From Pseudomonadota bacterium (GTDB taxonomy: Bacteria; Bdellovibrionota_G; JALEGL01; DATDPG01), in contig JAZDIZ010000005.1 in the NCBI GenBank assembly GCA_043804515.1, positions 1-42,621 on the forward strand: a DNA stretch of 42,621 nucleotides, read 5' to 3'. Position numbers and translations under genes: made by a program. Under the pieces are notes generated by a model that saw only the letters and a list, made by a program, of their open reading frames with translations, searched no databases and was not told the origin of the DNA. Of this stretch, positions 37,143 through 42,621 are shown piece by piece (position 1 is the stretch's first letter; every line of letters starts with the position of its first letter).

Positions 37143-39097
37143 ACGAACCGATTCTCTTCGGGAAGTATTATCTGACGGACCAAATCGCCGTGGGCGGGAT
37201 GGCCGAGATCTACAAGGCCGTGGCCCAGGGTGCGGATGGGAAGCGGTTCACGCTGGCCATCAAACGCATCCTTCCGCAGCTTTCGGACGACGAGGAATTC
37301 GTCTCGATGCTCGTGGACGAGGCCAAGGTGATGGTGCTTTTGAACCATCCGAACATCGTGCCGATCATCGAGTTCGGAAAGATCGAGGACAGCTACTACA
37401 TCGCCATGGAGTATATCCACGGCGTCACGCTCAAGGAGCTCTTCAAGACCGTGCGCCTTGCGGACCAATCGTTCTCGATCGACCTGGCGGTGCACATCGC
37501 GCGCGAGATCGGTACGGGCTTGAGCTATGCGCACCGGAAGACCGATGAGGCGGGGCGCCCCCTTCAGATCGTCCATCGCGACATCAGCCCGGCCAACATT
37601 CTCATCTCCTACCAAGGGGAGGTGCGCATCGCGGATTTCGGGATCGCCCGGGCCGCCAACCAGTCGCACCGGACGCAGATCGGGATCATCCGCGGGAAGA
37701 CGGGCTATATGTCTCCAGAACAAACCCGCGCCACCACCACGCTGGACCAACGCAGCGACATTTATTCACTCGGGATTATTTTGTGGGAGCTCCTGTCCGG
37801 CGAGCGCCTGTATCGCGCGGAGACGGTTCCCGAGGCTTTGAAGATGATCCGCGAGAGCAAGGTCCCGCCGCTCCGGGAGAACCGGCCGGAAATTCCGCCG
37901 GAGCTCGAGGCGATCGCGATGAAGGCGCTGACCCCCAACCCGGAGGAGCGATATCAGCGAGCCGAGTTCTTCGTAGACGCGCTCAACGAGTTCCTCACCC
38001 GGTGGTCCCCGCAGGGCAGGCCCGTCCGCGTCACACACAACGATCTCGTGGGATTTTTGCGGCGCTTCTTCACCGGGCCGATGGATCAGGAGCCTGTCGA
38101 GCCGGACCTTGTGTGGTTGGACGACGCCAAGACACAGGCCGACACGGGAGTGTGGAGGAAGAAGACGCCGACGATCACGAAAACGGCGCCTTCCAGGCCC
38201 CAGACTTTGGCCGCAAACCCCCTGTACGAGTTGAGCGAACCGGAAGCCGAAATACCCACAGCGGTAGGCCCTCAGCCGACGACTTCCACGGGACCCACGC
38301 CGGTCGGGCGGATGGCGGCGACGGAGAACAGCCTGGCGGCCGCCGAAGAGGGAATCGTTTTGGGCTATCGCATGCGGCGCAAGCCGATTGTCTGGATCGG
38401 CGCCGCGGGAATCGCGGCGATCCTGCTCTGGACGGGAGCGCGGCTGCTTACTTCCCGTTTGCGCGAGGAGCCTCCCGAGCTTTCGCCCGCGGCTACGCCG
38501 CTTCCAGCGAAGGAAAATACGGCTTCCGCAGCCAAACCGAACGCCCCGAAGACCGTGATTGTGGAACTCGTCACCGAGCCGGCGGGGGCCACGGTGAGCG
38601 TAAATGGAAAGGAAGTCACGGGGCGCACGCCGTTGGATTTGCCTCCCCTGGAACTCAAGCGCGAATACACCGTTCGGATTACCAAGCCGCGCTATGTTCC
38701 CCGGGAAGAAAAGATTTTGCTCGAATCGGACCGGATTGTGGAAAAGATGACGTTCACGCTGGTGCGCGCGGAGCCGAGGCCCGAGAAGACGCCGAAACCT
38801 CCCAAGGTGGCTCTTCCCACGGGGCTCGGGCCGAAACCCAGCCCGACGCCGGCCGCAGGCACGGTGAGGATCGGGTCGAAACAGCAGTGCAAGGTCGTGA
38901 TCGATGGCGGCCTCCCGAAAGAATGCCCGCTGTACGACGTGCCGCTGTCCGCGGGGATTCACGAGATCCGCTACATCCCGGCCGATAAAAAGTACCAGCC
39001 GTTCGCGTTCCGCCTCAAGGTCAAAGCGGGGTTGAGCTACAAGTGCCTTTTCGATTTCTCCAATGCCACGCTCCAGCCGTGCACGTGGAAGAAGTAA
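37139..39097 (+). CDS. Membrane Ser/Thr protein kinase with PEGA-like extracellular domain
   Basis: IAVGGMAEIY, AIKRI, VHRDISPANIL, DFG, GYMSPEQ, TM segment, VTEPAGATVSVNG; ATGA overlap with the cyclase. Confidence 0.93.
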   Translation: MNEPILFGKYYLTDQIAVGGMAEIYKAVAQGADGKRFTLAIKRILPQLSDDEEFVSMLVDEAKVMVLLNHPNIVPIIEFGKIEDSYYIAMEYIHGVTLKELFKTVRLADQSFSIDLAVHIAREIGTGLSYAHRKTDEAGRPLQIVHRDISPANILISYQGEVRIADFGIARAANQSHRTQIGIIRGKTGYMSPEQTRATTTLDQRSDIYSLGIILWELLSGERLYRAETVPEALKMIRESKVPPLRENRPEIPPELEAIAMKALTPNPEERYQRAEFFVDALNEFLTRWSPQGRPVRVTHNDLVGFLRRFFTGPMDQEPVEPDLVWLDDAKTQADTGVWRKKTPTITKTAPSRPQTLAANPLYELSEPEAEIPTAVGPQPTTSTGPTPVGRMAATENSLAAAEEGIVLGYRMRRKPIVWIGAAGIAAILLWTGARLLTSRLREEPPELSPAATPLPAKENTASAAKPNAPKTVIVELVTEPAGATVSVNGKEVTGRTPLDLPPLELKREYTVRITKPRYVPREEKILLESDRIVEKMTFTLVRAEPRPEKTPKPPKVALPTGLGPKPSPTPAAGTVRIGSKQQCKVVIDGGLPKECPLYDVPLSAGIHEIRYIPADKKYQPFAFRLKVKAGLSYKCLFDFSNATLQPCTWKK

Positions 39098-39202
39098 GTG
39101 TAAGGCCATCCTCAACGAGTTGAGTGCACTGCCGTGTGATTTCGGCGGGCCGGGTCGCTGCCTGTGCGCTCCGTGGCTCGGATCGCATCACGGGGCATCA
39201 CG

Positions 39203-39226
39203 GGGGACACCCTTAAGGGTGTCCCC
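39203..39226. repeat. Perfect 24-bp palindrome (REP-like)
   Basis: GGGGACACCCTTAAGGGTGTCCCC. Confidence 0.75.
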
Positions 39227-39388
39227 ATCAGCCCCAACACGGCGATCCTGCGCTGAACCTCCGCTCCGGCACCGCCCCCGCCCGCTTGGGCCTCAGGGCA
39301 ATACAAAAAAATCCTTCAGTAGCCAGAGATACGACCCGCTGTGCACGCCGACAGCCAGTCCGCGACTCGGCATTGTTCGCTCTTGGAA

Positions 39389-39634
39389 TTATTCCAGAAT
39401 TTCGAGAATCACGCGCTTGCGATACTTGCCGCTGGCGGCCTCCAGAATCGCGCGGATCGCCATCGCGGTTTTGCCTCCGCGTCCGATGACCTTTCCGACA
39501 TCCTCCTTCGCCACCTGCAACTCGAAGATGAACGCCTGCTCCGAATGGAGTTCGTTGACGGAGATCTGATCGGGCTTGTCGACGAGCGCCCTCACGACCG
39601 TCAGGAGCAGATTCTTGATGTCTTCGCTACTCAT
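39389..39634 (-). CDS. khpA: KH-domain RNA-binding protein KhpA/YlqC
   Basis: RALVDKPDQI...EDVGKVIGRGGKTAMAIRAIL...VILEILE. Confidence 0.93.
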   Translation of the reverse strand: MSSEDIKNLLLTVVRALVDKPDQISVNELHSEQAFIFELQVAKEDVGKVIGRGGKTAMAIRAILEAASGKYRKRVILEILE

Positions 39635-39827
39635 GGGCTCGCATCATCCGGCACAGAGAGAACAGCTACCGCTCACCCGCAATCGGCTTCCGGATACCAC
39701 ATAAGAAGGTTCAAAGCCAAAAGGTTCACTGACCCGCCGGCCGGCCCGCAAACCCGGCTCCGGCGGGATCGCGTGGCCGATAGGGGGATTATTCCTTCTG
39801 CCCCTGATTGGGTTGGTCTTGGCCCGC

Positions 39828-40547
39828 CTAGTCGCTTGAGGAGTCGCCGTCGAGTGTGGAAGCCGGCTTGAAGTCCAAGTGCGCGATATCCATGCCCCGG
39901 ATGTCCAAATGCGGCTCAATCGTGGTCAACTCCAGGATACCCGGGACCGCCGGGATCTCCGCCCGGATCTCGAATTGAGCCCCTTCCAACTCGAACGAGT
40001 TGTCCCGATAACATCTTCGAGCCGCGGCCCCACGGATACCGCGATGGGAACCGTACAGGAAAGCGTAGCGGTCCAAAGATCCGCCCATGGTGGGGATTGC
40101 ATGAACAGCTAGCGGTTGCGCCCAAGGATTAATGCAGGTCCGCGCTCCGGAGGGCCGGCCGGAGCTCGAGAAAAAGCCCCGGATCGCACCGTCTACCGTC
40201 CTGGTAGGATGTGTGATTCCGTGCCACAAAATGTCGGAACGAGTCAGGTCCAGCGTGTACGAATAAAGCCCCTTGTCGGGGTGATAGATCGGCGAATAGA
40301 TCACAAGCGTCACATCGGGGAGGGGATTCCCATCTTCGTTCAGGCCGATCCAGGGTTCGCCGGTTAGATTATCCCTAAGCTGTTCCTCCTGGGCGGCCTG
40401 CTGGGGCGTCATGGCATACGCCGCAATTTGACGCATCCGCAATGCATAGGGCCTGCTTTGCCCGACGATGGAATCAAGGCCGGGGGATCTTCCGCAGCCG
40501 GCGGCAAGGACGCCGAGGGCCAATAACGCAAATGCTTTGATCCGCAT
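39828..40547 (-). CDS. Hypothetical lipoprotein
   Basis: MRIKAFALLALGVLAAG|C lipobox; no recognised domain. Confidence 0.7.
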   Translation of the reverse strand: MRIKAFALLALGVLAAGCGRSPGLDSIVGQSRPYALRMRQIAAYAMTPQQAAQEEQLRDNLTGEPWIGLNEDGNPLPDVTLVIYSPIYHPDKGLYSYTLDLTRSDILWHGITHPTRTVDGAIRGFFSSSGRPSGARTCINPWAQPLAVHAIPTMGGSLDRYAFLYGSHRGIRGAAARRCYRDNSFELEGAQFEIRAEIPAVPGILELTTIEPHLDIRGMDIAHLDFKPASTLDGDSSSD

Positions 40548-40611
40548 GGTTCGGTCGTTAACACCCCGCGTTAGGCGTGTCAATGTCCCCCTGAAGGTGT
40601 ATTTTGTGACG

Positions 40612-42462
40612 ATGAAACCGGCCGGCTCGAGATTTTTGGATCGCGTCCGTAGCGAGATTCTCGTGGGGGACGGAGCCTTCGGGACCCGGCTCTATGAGTT
40701 GGGGATCGGCTTTGAAACCAGCTACGAACAATTCAATCTCACCCGCCCCGAGCTTGTGGAGTTGATTCTGAGGGAATACGCGCAGGCGGGGGCCATGGTG
40801 CTCGAAACCAATACCTTCTGCCTCAACCGGCACAAGCAGAGGATCCACGGCCTGGACGGTCAGATCCGGGAGATGGCCCGATCGGCGGCCCGGATCAGCC
40901 GGAAAGTGGCGGGGCCGGATCGTTTCGTAGCCGGGTCCATCGGGCCCGTTTCACGGAAGAAACGGGATCTGGACGAGTTTTCACCCGACGACCTTAAAGC
41001 CATGTTCCGGGAACCGATGGAGGTTCTGGTGGAGGAGGGGGCGGACGTCTTGATTCTGGAGACGTTCAGTTCCCTGACCGAACTGGAACTGGCTCTGGAA
41101 GTGGCTCTTGGGATGGACGTACCCGTGGTTTGCCAGATGGCCTTCGGGGAGGAGGGCACAACGGCTTTGGGCGTGACCTGCGAACGAGCGGCGGAGCGGT
41201 TGACCGAGCTGGGTGCCCACGTCGTGGGCACGAACTGCCGCTCCGGCCCGCTGGTGCAGCGGGAGATTCTGGATCGAATGGCCCGCGCTACGTCGTTGCC
41301 GCTGTCGGTCTTTCCCAACGCCGGCTACGCCCAGCAAGTGGACGGCCGGTACATCTACCAGGCGGCCGCCCAACACTTCGGGGAACAAGTGTCCAATCTC
41401 GTCGCGGCGGGGGCGACGCTGATCGGAGGGTGCTGCGGAACCACGGCGGACCACGTGCACGCCATCGCCGACGCGGCGAAAAATCTGAAGGCCTCCCGCC
41501 GGGCAGCCGTATCGATTTCCCGGGCGGTGGAAGAGGCTCCGATGAAACTCCGGCGGTCGGGGGAAAAGTTCCTGTCCTTCCTGGCGAAGCAGGGCCCCTT
41601 TGTGACGGTGGAGATCAGCCCGCCGCGCGATACGAACCCGAAAAAAGCCCTGGAGGGCGCCCGCAAGGCGGCTCAGGCGGGGTGCGATGCCTTCAACGTG
41701 CCCGACAATCCCCTGGCGCATGTCCGGATGGACAACGTGATCTTCGCTGACCTGCTCCGGCAGCGGGTGGAACTTCCCGTGATCCTCCATCTCACGTGCC
41801 GGGACAAGAACACGATCGCCTTGCAAGGCGCCGTTCTCGGCGCACAGGCCGCGGGGGTGGATGCGATCTTAGCGTTGACCGGGGATCCTGCGGCGATGGG
41901 GGACCAACCGGGCGCGACATCGGTTTACGACATCAATTCGATCGGTCTCGTGGATCTGATCGCGTCTTTGAACAGGGGTGTGACTCCCTCCGGCCGCGTT
42001 CTGGACGGGCCGACGGATCTGGCGATCGGCGTGGCGCTCAACCCGAATCTATACGGGGAAGAGGGACTGGATCGGGCCCTCAAGAGGTTACGAAAAAAAA
42101 TCGAAGCGGGGGCGCAGTTTGTGGAAACGCAGCCGATGTACGATCCGGAGCTCCTGCGGGCACTTCTCGAACCTGCGCGCCGGATGGAGATACCGATCAT
42201 GCTCGGCGTGATGCCGATCATGAGCCGGAAGAACGCCGAGTTTTTTCACAACGAAGTGCCGGGCCTCAAGATCCCGAAGGAGATCCGCGACCGTTTTGAG
42301 GGGTTGGATCGGGAGCAAGGCCAGGCGGAGGGGATCCGGCAGGCCAAGGCGATGATCGACATCGCGCGGGAGGGGGGAATCCGGCATTTCTATTTGATCC
42401 CGCCGCTGGAACGCTTTGAAGTGGTTGTGGAGTTGGCGCGGTACATCCGCACGGGACGATAA
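40612..42462 (+). CDS. Bifunctional homocysteine S-methyltransferase / methylenetetrahydrofolate reductase (YitJ-like)
   Basis: LVGDGAFGT, ETNTF, GTNC, PNAG, IGGCCGT; MTHFR half LHLTCRDKN, LALTGDP, AGAQFVETQP, NEVPG. Confidence 0.93.
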   Translation: MKPAGSRFLDRVRSEILVGDGAFGTRLYELGIGFETSYEQFNLTRPELVELILREYAQAGAMVLETNTFCLNRHKQRIHGLDGQIREMARSAARISRKVAGPDRFVAGSIGPVSRKKRDLDEFSPDDLKAMFREPMEVLVEEGADVLILETFSSLTELELALEVALGMDVPVVCQMAFGEEGTTALGVTCERAAERLTELGAHVVGTNCRSGPLVQREILDRMARATSLPLSVFPNAGYAQQVDGRYIYQAAAQHFGEQVSNLVAAGATLIGGCCGTTADHVHAIADAAKNLKASRRAAVSISRAVEEAPMKLRRSGEKFLSFLAKQGPFVTVEISPPRDTNPKKALEGARKAAQAGCDAFNVPDNPLAHVRMDNVIFADLLRQRVELPVILHLTCRDKNTIALQGAVLGAQAAGVDAILALTGDPAAMGDQPGATSVYDINSIGLVDLIASLNRGVTPSGRVLDGPTDLAIGVALNPNLYGEEGLDRALKRLRKKIEAGAQFVETQPMYDPELLRALLEPARRMEIPIMLGVMPIMSRKNAEFFHNEVPGLKIPKEIRDRFEGLDREQGQAEGIRQAKAMIDIAREGGIRHFYLIPPLERFEVVVELARYIRTGR

Positions 42463-42484
42463 AGAACCGGGAATCCGCTCAGGA

Positions 42485-42621
42485 TTAATTGTGCATTCTC
42501 AGGACGTTGTTCATGTGGAGTTGCAGCCTTGAGATGGGTGGCACGTTTCCGAGGCTACCATGGGGTCGTTGGTGGTTGTAGATCTGTAACCAGAGTTTGA
42601 GGTTTTCGGTTCGTTTGCGAG
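42485..42621 (-). mobile_element. 3' end of an IS481-family transposase and element end (truncated by the window)
   Basis: Manual translation RKRTENLKLWLQIYNHQRPHGSLGNVPPISRLQLHMNNVLRMHN*; element end begins TGT at 42490 (TGTGCATTCTCAGGACGTTGTTCA), typical of IS481. Confidence 0.85.

Noticed and set aside
27951..39115. Long antisense or alternative-frame ORFs (e.g. 27951-28979, 32085-33131, 36090-37067, 37766-39115)
   Set aside because: Shadow ORFs typical of high-GC DNA, lying over well-supported genes and lacking motifs
39230..39830. 6S RNA, tRNA or a known riboswitch around khpA
   Set aside because: No cloverleaf, no convincing long 6S-type duplex and no recognisable riboswitch consensus by eye

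Overview
GC-rich bacterial chromosomal window. The gene content (sigma-54 activator, PEGA Ser/Thr kinase, cyclase-NTPase-TPR, HpnO/HpnN-like genes) resembles Deltaproteobacteria/Bdellovibrionota-type organisms; this taxonomy is inference. The left end holds housekeeping genes: sufB 5' end, Rrf2 regulator, nfuA, ArfB-like, tdk, htpX, SPFH/nfeD, REC-HD-GYP and a GT2 glycosyltransferase. About 7.87-18.3 kb is an accessory island. It has a head-to-tail array with an exact 3144-bp period: two 1047-aa pseudo-cyclase/STAND-type NTPase/TPR genes plus the stump of a third. Divergent from the array is a lipoprotein with four GDGGGQ repeats, preceded by a sigma-54/IHF-type promoter. The island also carries four type II toxin-antitoxin modules, one with a HicA that the ORF track missed. 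To the right lie DUF309, an MltB-like gene with a 97-bp MITE-like element at its 3' end, an AKR / class III aminotransferase / LuxE-LuxC fusion operon, two pilin-like genes sharing one CATG, HDAC, MMPL, HpnO-like and DedA genes. These are followed by a PocR sigma-54 activator, an intact cyclase-NTPase-TPR coupled to a Ser/Thr kinase, khpA, a YitJ-like gene and the end of an IS481-family element. The best candidate for an undescribed system is the paired NTPase-TPR array plus the GDGGGQ-repeat lipoprotein. All calls come from motif recognition by eye; no searches were run.
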